Shown here: piece by piece, positions 1 to 11,638 of the stretch | Numbering within the stretch: position 1 is the stretch's first letter | Layout: each line of letters starts with the position of its first letter | Source of the DNA: Trichinella spiralis | Taxonomy: Eukaryota | Direction of reading: 5' to 3' | DNA length: 36,356 bases | NCBI RefSeq assembly: GCF_000181795.1 | Contig: NW_003526941.1 | Coordinates: 8,951,094-8,987,449 of the forward strand | Program-made: the position numbers and the translations under genes | The notes under the pieces: model-generated | Databases searched by the model: none | What the model was told of the DNA's origin: nothing | The model's input: only the letters and a program-made list of their open reading frames with translations

Positions 1-2131
1 AAGGCAAGCAACGACCTTCGTGACAGAGTCGTTGACCAGTGCAGTCTTCGTTCTTTTGACATTCACCAACTGAAAATAGTCAATAATAATAATAATTTTT
101 TGTGAAATCAAAGTATTAACAAGTCAAATTACTTATGTAACGCCAGCACATGTTGTATTTGCATCTTTCCAGGAGCCCGCAGTTTTTGTCCGTGTCGCAG
201 GCAACGGATGTTGGTCTCGCCGGCCTGCAGGAACCTTTCCTGTCGCACAACGTCCGTCCAACGCAGTCTTCGGTGATCACGCATTCTACATCTGCAATAT
301 TGAAAAAAAGACGGAAAGTGATCGAAAGAGTGAGGGATTTTTGTTGTTGTTGTTGAACGAATTTATTTTCCCGTACATACCTTTTCTCAGGCCAATTGCT
401 CGCCAACAGATGCCAAATTTGCATGCATCTCCCGTTGGACAGTCTGAATGTTTGCTGCAATCCCGATCTATTGGTGAACTAACAACGCAAGTGTTGTTCT
501 TGCAAACGGTTTGACTTTTGCAATCCTCGTGCGCAGTGCACCGTGCTGGCACGTTTCCATTTTCTACTAGTGACAACAGAGAAGAAGCATTGTTGAAAAT
601 TAAATCACTAGTAAGTTAGCAATGGTTATTATTTATTATTGTTCTTCTCTGGCCCACGACCCCTCCTCCCTTTATCCCACTCCACTTTTTTACATACCTG
701 CAGGCTGCCAGCAGATGCCGTGTTTGCATGCTCTTCCAGCTAGGCAGTCGCTTTGTTGTTGGCATACTCCACCCGGATGGGTTCCGCTGCAATGAAAATC
801 CGTATAGCGCAAATCGCTTGTCCTGGACATTGAGTATGATAACGACAGCCTTGAAGAAAATTGAAATCTACTTTACAATCAGTAATGTACACAGGTTATG
901 CTATTTTATTATTGGTCTTTTGTATGCCCTTTGCAAATGAATGGTGTTTGCAATGGAAAAAGAGAACATCATCATATGTTACTTAGTTGTCGATATTCCC
1001 TTTTGGTCTTGCTGTTTGCATGTACATCGTATTGAAAAAATTATCTCCTCCGAGAACGACTTATAAATACTACTACCGATTCTGATTCGATCTCTCGGCT
1101 TATATTGTCTGCCGCAACTGATCTTTAACACACGCTTACTCTGAACCTTTCTATTATAGAGCTTATTCAACGCAATCAGACAGCTTATACGTTTAAAATG
1201 CTAATTTTAATTATTCAGATGAACTCTAAACCAATAGATGCTACTGACACATCAATAATATGTCACATTTTGATAAGGAGCATACATTCACAAATAACAC
1301 TTATAGAATAACGATGAAAAAATAAATGTCAAGTAAGATATACTACCCTGCCAATCGTTATCATTCCACTAACATACGCTTNNNNNNNNNNGGGAAAAAA
1401 AAAAGGAACGCAGAAGGATAATCTGAAGGCCGAGTAGGGGAGCTTCTGGTGGTTTATCGTAGAAAGGAAATTTCATTTTCCCGATGCCTAGCCAGGTTCT
1501 CGGGCCCAATGCCTGGAGGCAACACAGGCCCTAGTGGCGTGTATATACTTGTTAGACAGTATGAATCTTTCGTGCTATCCCGATCTCGTGGTGAACTAAC
1601 AATGCAAGTAGTGGTACTACAGACGCGTGAGACGTGCGCAATCCTTTGGAGCAAGGTCGTCCGGGTTGGCAGTCATCCATTGTGTGAGAATGACAAGCAG
1701 AGGATTAAGTTTTCTTGTGAAATCATTCGAAAGTGAGTTATCAAAAGTTATTAATTATCCTGGTTTTAATAAGGACCACGACACCCTCTCCGTGTTTTGC
1801 GATCCTCTTAATTACGTGCCTTCACGCTGCCAGCAGATGCTGGTTTTGCCTGGTATTCCAGTTAGGCAGTAGCTGTGTTGTTGGCATACTCCACCGGATG
1901 GTTCCGCTGCAATGCAAATCCGTAGAGCGCAAATCGCTTGTCCTGGACATTGAGTATGATAACGACAGCCTTGAAGAAAATTGAAATCAACTTTACAATC
2001 AATAATGTACACAGGTTATGCTATTTTATTATTGTTCTTTTGTATGCACTTTGGATAGCAATGGTGTTTGCAATGGAAAAAGATAAAAGTATCAATTGTT
2101 GCAGTGTTGTCGATACGTAGCTTTTGGTCAT
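1..2131 (-). CDS. Secreted cysteine-rich repeat protein (tandem 4-Cys modules C-x5-C-x5-C-x4/5-C); 3' end outside window; model crosses the assembly gap
   Basis: Exon 1 2131-2050 encodes a signal-peptide-like MTKSYVSTTLQQLILLSFSIANTIAIQ. Exon 2 starts at 1969 (equivalent to 849-698 left of the gap). Further exons are 566/563-381, 291-133 and 69-<1. All introns are phase 1 GT-AG. Modules: CRYHTQCPGQAICALRIC, CQQQSDCLAGRACKHGIC, CTAHEDCKSQTVCKNNTC, CSKHSDCPTGDACKFGIC, CVITEDCVGRTLCDRKGSC, CDTDKNCGLLERCKYNMC, CQKNEDCTGQRLCHEGRC. Confidence 0.75.
400..1381 (+). repeat. Left copy of ~1.1-kb direct duplication around the gap (probable contig-overlap artefact)
   Basis: Bases 730-960 are near-identical to 1850-2080 (offset ~1120). 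Similarity to 2080-2500 decays progressively from 960 toward the gap. Confidence 0.8.
1382..1391. other. Assembly gap (10 N)
   Basis: Run of n characters. Confidence 1.
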
Positions 2132-2500
2132 GCTGTTGTTTTGCAAGCTGTGGTGAAAAATTTCTCTCTTCGGATAATGAATAATAAAATCACTTTCAGC
2201 TTCTGAACTGCTCTCTCGGCTTGCCTGTCTGCTGCTAATGATAATAGTCTCATGTTTGTGTAGCTCTTACTCTTATAATTGGTTTTCAACAGTTGTTGCT
2301 TGTTTACTGATGACCGTTTACAACAAACAGTCAACAGATGGTCCAATATTTATTAGTATTTTCCAAATGAAAAAAAGGCAGCCATATTGAAAAGGGTAAT
2401 AAATAAACGCGTACATGGTGCGGCTATCGATCTAACAAAGCGATCACGACTTTTTTTTGCTGAGTGTTTTTTTGTGTGTATTAATCCACCGATCAACGAT
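1392..2500 (+). repeat. Right copy of the duplication; 1392-1880 is a degraded version of ~300-760
   Basis: The exon-3 equivalent (~1500-1690) has lost Cys residues and frame. The donor GTATGT has become GCACGT followed by TAA. Divergence increases toward the gap. Confidence 0.8.
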
Positions 2501-3594
2501 CGATCAATCAATCGATACTCTTTGCATCTAGACGAGCGATCTATTTGTATTTGCATATCTTTTGCTGTAACGGTCGTAAAAGTTTTTATGCTTATAAATT
2601 ATGCGCGAGCATTCTTTTGCGCTTTACCGACTGATTGATTTATTATTATTTTTCCATCAGATGGTGTAAACAACATTTGCAAAAAGAGGATGAAAAACAA
2701 GTAAGCATATTTTTGAAATTTCAATTTTTTGCAAGTGTATATGTAAATTCTTTTGCTGAAAAGGCAAGTTTTATCCAAATTTGCATTTGTTTCTATATTT
2801 ATATTGTTTTAAAATATTAATAATTTATTTCATGATGGAATAATATTAAGTATTATTTTTTTAACTTGTATTGATTTATTTATTGAGATATGCATGAAAG
2901 TTGAAAACAAATCTCGGTTTAGAGCATGTTTTTTTCTGCAAAAGATGTTGTTTTCTAGTGAAGAAGAAGAAGAAGACGAGTTTTGCAGCAGAGGAGAGAA
3001 GAAAAAAAATTTGGGAAATTTGTGCAGTTGTTGTGGGCTTTTTGTCATTTGCATTCGGCTGGAAGTGAAAGATGGAAGTTTGGTTGTTGATCAAGTCCGT
3101 CGATTTCGAGATGAAGGAAGCAGTTCTTGCATCCTGACTGACAGGCTGGATTTTATTCAGAGTCAAGAGAGAAAATTGGTGCTTTTTCTCGAACGTTGGG
3201 CAACAGGAGATTGGAAAAGCGAAAGATGTTGTTGGCGAACTTCGGATTCGGCATAACTTTTCAACAGCGTTGACTGGAATGACAGCCGGTGTAACCGTAT
3301 AGCTCAGGGCTCGCTGGCAAGCTGTCAGTTGTGTCAGTCAAGCGGATGACGTTTAGCCGCTGCTGTCGAGTCGGATGTCTCAAATCTGAGCACTTCAAAC
3401 GGTCCGCTTGACAGTGGTTGGGTCTGGGGAATGCGACGGCGGCTTTACATCAAGGGATCCAACCTCTCCAGCCGATTTGACTCTCGAAATTACAAAAAGC
3501 AATCTCGTCGAAGAGTTTGCCGCTTCTTGGTTTTTTCTTCTTCTGCATTAGTTTCTTCTGCTTCAACTTGTTCCTACTCTTACTCTTCTTTTGC

Positions 3595-3640
3595 TGCTTC
3601 TGCTGCTGCTGCTACTACTACTACTACTACTGCTACTACT
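3595..3640. repeat. Compound (GCT)n/(ACT)n microsatellite in the pappalysin 5' region
   Basis: tgctgctgctgctactactactactactactgctactact read directly. Confidence 0.85.
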
Positions 3641-3685
3641 TATTCATCTTTTGCTTATTCTTCTTTTGTCTTTTGCATTTCTGCA

Positions 3686-5613
3686 ATGCACCATTTGCTT
3701 CTTTTATTTACTTTGTGTCTGGCCTGTTTGACCAACGCAGTGGACGACACCACGTTGGCCAACTGTGCTGTCGGCACTGGCACTCGACTGGATCATCGTT
3801 ACCATCCCAACGTGCGACATCCGAGGTCCATTTCCAACGGCGGCGACTACTCAGCTACGACCAAGGCGATCTACTTCGACGGCCAAGAGCGTACAATACG
3901 CCTGCAGGACGTGGGCCAGTTGCCCAGGGATCAGTTCACGTTGACCGTCTGGATTCGACCCGAAGGTGGCCAAGGGGATCCGGCGATCATTGCCGAACTG
4001 GCCGACGGTTGCAGTGGCGACGACGACGACGACGACGGACCCCCTTTTGTATGGCAACTCGGCATTGCTACCAAAACGGCCAGTCGTGAAAAAGGTGCGC
4101 ATTTTTTCTTCCAAATGCGCAACGAAATGTCTTCCAGTGCCACTGTACTCTGGTCACATTATCCGTACAAGGCGGAACGTTGGGTTCACTTGGCTGTCAC
4201 TTACGACGGTATAATGTTGCGCTTCTTTGTCGGCGGTGCACTGGTAGCAACAACCGATAAGCAAGTAAGTCGGTTGGTTTGAATTCATTCACTTTTTCTC
4301 CATTGCACTCATCGTGATTATTTTATTAGATTGGTCCACTGTTTTCCAATATCAAAAGCGCTTGCAAGCATTTGCTTCTCGGAGGTCCCATGCCGGGACG
4401 TTTTGACGAAGGGCACACGATGAATTTTCGAGGTGCAGTCGATGAATTGCAGCTCTGGTCCACGTTTCAAGAATATGACTTTATTCAAAAAATGGCTACC
4501 GGTAGAAATGCCCAAGAAGCCGCCAACAACAACAACAACAACCACAACGCGCAGCATCCAACGACCACTTCCGTACTGATCATCGATGCTCAGTCAGTGG
4601 CAAAATGGAAGCCAGCGGGTAAAAAAGCTCTTACTGATTTGCATTTTTTCTCATTCACTAATTAAATAAGTTTTTTATGTATAACAATTTGATGAATGAG
4701 TAATGGATTTGAAAGAAAGATAAATAGTAGTGTGTATAAATAATGAATGCAATATCATCATCACTGTCTGCTGCTTTGGCAATTTTTAGGTGATTTTGCA
4801 CCGAAATTTGTGCCTTCTGACTTGGATGCCTTTTTCAATACTTATCAGGTGTTGGTACATGCGTGTGGCCAAACCGTCTGCGATCATCCGGACGTTGTCC
4901 GCAGTTACAGCGCCAATTGGGAACTTCGACAATCTAAAGTTGTTCGTTACAAGGTAGCGGATGATGTAGAATGCAAATTATTGTATTTTGTTGTTTCGTA
5001 TGTGTGTGTATATTTTTTTTCTTAATCTTATTCCAAACTCTTCTTAGGTAATAAACATTGTGGACAACAGCACTGGCAAAGGTATTGTCAGTGATCGTAA
5101 AATTGAACTGCAGCATGGTTCGCTGAGCGGTGCTTTTGCCAAATATAACATCACTTGGCAAATGGAAATTGTGAAAATTGCCAACGCGAATCTTCGAAAA
5201 AAGAAAATAATATTTGGTTGCGATTCAAGCAAAATTGGTAAAGCTGTGTGGTTTGAATTGTTTTTTCTGCTTTTATTTTTACATTGAAAATTACACTTAT
5301 TTATTTTTATTCAGGAAATAAGCAGTGTGATTTGGAATGTCGCCATCCGATTACTGGAAACGACGGTGGCGATTGTGATGAACTGATGCTTGTACGATGT
5401 CAGAGGAGAATGCTTGGCAACGGTCGTTGCGATCCTGAATGCAATTTTCCCGAATATAGCTGGGATCAAGGTGAATGTTGCAACAAAACTCTCACCGACG
5501 TCACTACGAACTGCATTGATCCGCAGTCACCATTTCGGTGTGTCATTTCATTTCATCTTTTTTTATACACATGTATAAAAGCATAATTTTTAATGTATAA
5601 TAAATATATGTGG

Positions 5614-5651
<38 letters not shown>

Positions 5652-8600
5652 TTGGGCGTTGATGGAACCAGTACCGCACTTGAGTTTAATTTCCATTTTT
5701 GCACTGAACATTGGAGATTGACGCTGTAAATGAAAAGTACGAAATTCTTTCAGACCTTACATTGGCATTGAAGAATATAAAAGAATGTTGAATGTGAGCA
5801 ATGAAGATGCTTTAACAATCTCGTTCGTTGAATGGAGCAACGGTGATTTGATTGGTCTGTCCACATTTCCTTGGGAAAAGCACGTTTTCTCTATATATGG
5901 TATGCTTTTTGTTTTCATGAATTTTTTTTTCAAATTTTAAAACAATTTTTTTTTATTCAGGAGGTATTGTTGTACAGCCGAAGCGTTTCGGTAGTGATGG
6001 TCATCGGAACAATTTAATTCACGAATTCGGCCACGCTCTCGGATTGTGGCACGTGCACCACGGAATTTCAGAAATGACTTGTGACGATCCTTGTCGAGAA
6101 ACAAAACCATCCTTATATACTGGTTTGTTTAGTTTTTTGGCAAATGAGCTTTTTGGGGTTTTTATTTTTTTTATTCGAGTGAACAAAGAAGCATTGTTGT
6201 ATGTATGTATGTATGTATTATCAGTTTGATGAGCTTGACCATTTTTGGTGGCAAGGTTTTCATTTTATCATTCCTGTTTGTATGTTGGTTCAAACATTTC
6301 AGGAGATCTGTGCGAAGATACTAATCCAACACCCAAAAATGTCGAATGCAAAGATCCTGAATACGTAAGCTTCGGCCGACAAAGTATGGCTGAATTGTCT
6401 GGTTGCGAAAGCGGTAGTCAAATGTACTTGAACACCCCGTATGACAATTACATGAGCTATTCAGGTAGGCAATTTTGTTTTTGCTGAAATGTGATGAAAA
6501 AATTAATATTGCTGCTTGTTTTCTTTATTATTCCTTTTATTAATTAAATTAATTAGATGGTGAATGTGCGACCCATTTCACTCCTCAGCAAGTGGCAAGA
6601 ATGCACTGCTATTTGGATTTGAAATATTCAAGTTGGATGGCTAGTTCCGAGTCATTGCGCGAATATGTACCCACAGCGCCAAGAATACTCAGAAAAACTG
6701 AAACATCTCTGACATTTGTGTGTAAATTTTTTGTATCTTCTGAAAAATACTATTTATATTTTGTTTGTTATAGGCATGGTTGCCACCACTGAGCTGGCAT
6801 CAGTGCAAGCCTGCAGTTGAGCGTTGTCAACATTGCGAATGTGACACTGATGGACGATTTATTCAATACGCGTCACGTGTTATTGCTAATCACACTGCCC
6901 GGACTACATCCTATTGGTCACCTGACCAAGCTTTAGGTTTGTAGTTTGATTTTCAGTTGAAATTGAAATGCAAATGAACACTCAGCAGTGTGTATATTGT
7001 TGAGCTAGAAAAAAAAAGATACTCATTTCGAAGAATGAAGTTGAAAAAATTAAATCTCGAGAGATTTAGGACCACCGGATGCAGAGCCTTGTGAAGCAAG
7101 TACCAAATCTTGGTTACCAGACGCACAGAACTGTGACAACAACAACGCCTGCAGCTTAGTTCTTGGCTTTGAAGTAGCTGTTGTGCCGGCTCATTTGAAA
7201 CTGTGGATTTCTTGGAACGCCGCCGATGGCTTGAAGCATTTCATTCTTCACTTTGATGATTCTTCGATGATCGCTTTGCCACCGGCAACGGCATTTTGTG
7301 ACATGCCCTACACGTTGTCGTTGGACACTGACAAACGTTTGACAAAGGTATTTAACCCCTCCTGAGAAAGAAAAGATGTAATTTTTTAAACCAACTTTAT
7401 TATATGAAGGTCGAATTGACAACAAGCAGTCCGTTTGTCAGTATCGATGCGGTGCAAATTGTTTCCAATCCAAATCACGAACTCTGCTCCAAATGCAGTC
7501 ACATTGATTACAACATTGTCCGTGAACCACCGTTTCCAAAGCCGCCCCTAGTTCAATCCACCGCGGATACGTTCTTTACCGACCGGTACGACTTAATTAG
7601 CAAAAACGAATAATTATGAGTTGGTTTGATTGTCGCTTGTTTCGTTTAAGCGACTTGAAGCAAGATCAAGTATACATGTATCGCATTGGGGCCAGGAGAA
7701 CTAACAGCAATGGAGCGGTTTACTTTTCACCGCCGTTGATTTATTCTCACTCTCGGTCATTTTGTGGTGATGGAAATTTAGATGAGTAAGTTTGATTTTC
7801 ATGATTACCGTTTGTTGTGTTTCATTACTGTATATGATGAAGTATAGAAATTCAACATATAGCTAGCTCTGTTTGTTTTACTGTTACTTGAAAAATTTTA
7901 ACTTTTGCAAGATAAATGCACCTAGTGTTATTATTAACTCAGATGGCTGTTTTTGTTATCTTAGCATTTATCACAGAATCGCGTATGTTTTTGTACTTGC
8001 GCGTTTGTGTAGTTTAGTTTGGAGTAATTGGTGAAAATTGCAGATCAACTGAAAATTGTGATGATGGAAATATGTACGACGAGGATGGATGTTCTTCTGA
8101 TTGTAAAATAGAAGACCGATTCATGTGCATAGGCATGATATATATATATTTTTTTTTGTTACCTGTATTTTTAATTTCGTTGTGAAAATTTTGTTTCCCG
8201 TTTCTCAGGATCACCCAGCTTTTGCTATTCTCTCGATGGCGTGCAACACGCGCATGCAATAAACGGCTCACCAATAATGATGTCAGATATGCCAGACGTT
8301 TCATATGCATCGGAGCACTCGGATCAGTGGGCTGCACGAGCATTTAGTAATGCCGAACCGATCAATTTACGTTGCAATACGACGATGATTTTGGGGCCAC
8401 CACGTAATCTCGTAAGGAACATTTTTTTGCTAATGTTATCATCCAATTGAAACTGTGCCGTATATTATTTTTTTATTCGTATTTAATCACGAGAATTATG
8501 CGTCAATAATCATTGGCGTATACTAGTTGAATATTGTAACGCTTCAATTCAGGTATGTCAAGTGAACAGTCCTCCTGGATTATCTTGGCAACCGTGTTTG

Positions 8601-11600
8601 CCTTCTGTCATGAAGAATGTTTGGATTGAGGTGGGATATTCTTTGCTTTTCTTTTCTATTTGCTTATGAAATATTGTTTTACCATTCGCATTGCATTATT
8701 GGGCAGGTTGAATTTGAACAGCCAGTTGTTGCTACCGCAGTTTTTGTTCACTTAGCATCAGACGGCTACGCGGGTGTTGACAGCGAATACAGATTTTTGA
8801 GATTGGAACTCGTAAGCGTGGATAACAAATATTACGAGTTGCAAAATTCCAAACTGGTGACCGTAAGCTGCGCAAAGTCACCTTTGGAATATCCAGTGTG
8901 GCATGATTTGACTAAGCCTTTCTTTTACTCTCGTGCTGTTCGCATACATCTCAGCTCTGAGAGGATCAGTATTGCCGCTGTGCGGCTTCGGTCGAAGCGC
9001 AACTTCGATCCCGTCGTTTTGGAACTTTGTTCCAAATCCGATATGCTGTACAGCGTGTTCGCCAATCAGTGCGTCAGCAGTCAGTGTTCTGTTGTTTCAT
9101 GCAAATCTGTCATTGTTAATCATGCTGATGTGAGTCACTTTTTGTGATTAAATAATCTATTTACGAAGCAGCAAAAAGCATATCGTGTGCGTATTCTATA
9201 AATATATATGTGTATTTATTTATACAGGTTCAGTGCACTGGCCACAGCAATGGCGACAGTTGCATAGTTACCTGCATGAAAGGCTATCACTTGGTGAAGC
9301 ACGAAAGGGCCCAAACGCATGCTTTTTCTTATTCTTCTCAAAGATCAGCAAAAATAATTTGCCTGAATGGTCAGTGGTCGGTTGGAAATTTGAAATGCGA
9401 GCCAGTTGATTGCGGCTGGCCGAAAATTTTCCGGGCCGAAGTTCTCTGCCCCGACGGAACTCGTCTTGGGGCGAAATGTTCTTTCCGCTGCCTGCGTCCA
9501 GCGATCATGCAAGGTCAGCGGAAGCAAGCAATTAAAATTTTCACCATCTGAAAACGGCCAAATACAATAATAATAATAATAATATTGGAGTTTGTTTTGT
9601 GTTAAAATTTGGTTTTTTTCCCTATTCTTCAACAGGAACGAAGCGTGAAATAACGTGCGGCGAGCGAGGGGCGTGGTCAGTTCCAGAAGCTTATTGTCAG
9701 CTGAGTTGTGGCCCGTCGTTGGAAGGTGAACTGAACGGACGTGCCGTGAGCAAACTGTGCCGGATCAACTTTCTCACGTTGGATTTGAAAAGCGTCGGGT
9801 ATCCGGTTGGTACAAAATGCCGCATTGTTTGCAAAGCAGGCTATCACGTCGAAGGGCATTCGATAAACAAGTGAGAGACAATAATGAATGATTTTTTTTC
9901 AATATTCATTTACTTGCACATTTAAAGTTCTCAAAGTTATTTAAATGAGGCTGCCAATTTGAATGTTAGCGGATATTATAGTATCAATCAGCAAGCAGGG
10001 TTTTTTCTTTGCTGGTTGAATATAAATTTTCATTTTTTGTTTTGAAGAAGAAGATGAAGATATTGTTGTTATTTGATGAATAACATGTGAAAAGGAAAGA
10101 TTTTTTTTAATTTACACGATTATTTATTTATATATTTTATTTAGGCGTGTGTTCAAAAGAGTTTGTGATCGGAATGGACATTGGAAAGGACATCGATGCG
10201 TGAAAATCAAATGCCCCGAACCTGCGATCGTTTACCGTGGATTGTACAATTGTACCAAAGGTTTCGAAGTTGGATCGCAGTGCTCTTTTTACTGTCCCTT
10301 CTCAAGCCAGATTCGCGATTCAGTATGCATGATGGATGGCACATGGTCAATAGCGGATCCCTGCGTCTTGCCGAAAGATGTGACGTGCTCGATTCCACAT
10401 GCTCCTGGTCACATCGTCGTTAGCTGTCCATCGAAGCGTTTGGTTGGTAAGAGTTGGTTGAGTTCACTCTTTTTACCATGAAAATAGCCAGCACTTTGTT
10501 ATTTATTATTTTTCCCACTTTTTCTCCCCCCCCCTCTCTCCCCCTCTTTGTCGTGCGTGCGCGTGTCTTATATATTAATTTATTATTAATATTATTCATT
10601 TCAGGCAGTACATGTCACGTTGCTTGTGACGCTCAAGGTTACGATCCCGTCGTAGAGCATGTTGTAAATTCGGATCGCAATTTCAAAATGCACGTGCTTC
10701 AGAAAATTACAAAACTCACTTGCTCTATAAAGAGGAAATGGGAACCGGAAGTTGAATCGGTGATTTGCGTTAAGCGATGTACTCAGGTAAAATTTATTTT
10801 ATTCGAAATGTTATTTGGTATAAAATGCCGAAAAGATTGAAAAAAAACCGATGAATTATATTTATTTTTGATTATGATTTGAATTGACGATGTGAAAATT
10901 CCATTTTCCATTCCATTTCAGGATTTCGTAGGTGACGGCTGGTGTGACTTTCAAAATAACAGAGCCTATTGCGGTTGGGACGGTGGTGACTGTTGTGCCA
11001 GTACAGCGAAAGGTGGGAAAGTGAAGTTGATGTTTCCTCTGCTTTGTACATCGCATCTTTGTCGTTGCTTGGATCCGTATGCGGTTGAAAATCGAAATCC
11101 GCGAATCATACCGCGTGCTTTTCTCGTACATGGGTACCACGGTAGTGAAACTTTGGACAAAGAAGAAGAAGAAGATTTGCATGAAAACAATTCCACCGAG
11201 CACTTCCAATCGCCTGATTTGATGATGCTGATGAACAACGACAAGAACAGAACTAATCCAAGCTGGAAACCACTGGGACTCGGTTCGAGAGTGAAATTTG
11301 CTTGGGAAACTTCAGGCGGTGGTTCTTCAACTGCGAAACTTGACCACCTTTCTTCCTCCATGCTGGTACTGTTTCTGCAAGCTTTGAAAAATGTTTCTTC
11401 TGATCCGCGGGATCCTTTTCTTCTTCTTCAAAACTCAGCAACTACTAATGCAACAATCAAGCGGCTTAAAGAGCTGGATGCGATTACCAGATTTTTGAAA
11501 CGTCCCACCGCATCGACAGCCCAACCGCTGACTTGGACGGCGCGATGGTTTCGAAGACGCGTCGTGCATCCTCAACTTTCAACTTCTATTTTGAAAGCTC

Positions 11601-11638
11601 TGCGAAAACAACACGAAAGCTTGCAAGTTAAAAGTTGA
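3686..11638 (+). CDS. PAPPA: Pappalysin (PAPP-A/PAPP-A2-like M43B metzincin protease), 22 coding exons, ~1780 aa
   Basis: Exons: 3686-4264, 4330-4618, 4790-4953, 5048-5237, 5315-5537, 5754-5899, 5961-6122, 6303-6464, 6557-6717, 6774-6936, 7070-7347, 7410-7585, 7651-7785, 8044-8132, 8209-8411, 8553-8630, 8707-9129, 9228-9513, 9636-9870, 10145-10446, 10605-10786, 10922-11638 (5343 nt, all phases consistent). Features in order: signal peptide MHHLLLLFTLCLACLTNA; RHPR furin-like site; LamG-like domain (FTLTVWIRPEGGQ...WVHLAVTYDG); CGQTVCD; LNR1/2; zinc motif HEFGHALGLWH (6020-6052); GDLCEDTNPTPK; Met-turn NYMSYS; FTPQQVARMHCYLDL; CDDGN..DGCS; five CCP modules; LNR3 (GDGWCDFQNNRAYCGWDGGDCC). Confidence 0.95.
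5616..5651. repeat. (AAT)n intronic microsatellite
   Basis: About 12 tandem aat units. Confidence 0.9.

Noticed and set aside
1449..1880. ORFs right of the gap, read as a second Cys-rich paralogue or pseudogene
   Set aside because: The divergence gradient toward the gap is better explained by low-quality read ends, so it is not called as a gene.
2894..3256. 120-aa plus-strand ORF with an EEEEEDE tract
   Set aside because: No recognisable domain or splice partners; the acidic run derives from a (GAA)n microsatellite.
3298..3370. TAGCTCAG resembling a tRNA A-box
   Set aside because: No B-box (GTTCRA) or cloverleaf follows.
3431..3685. In-frame upstream ATG extending pappalysin by 85 aa
   Set aside because: The extension is microsatellite-derived low complexity and would bury the clear signal peptide at 3686.
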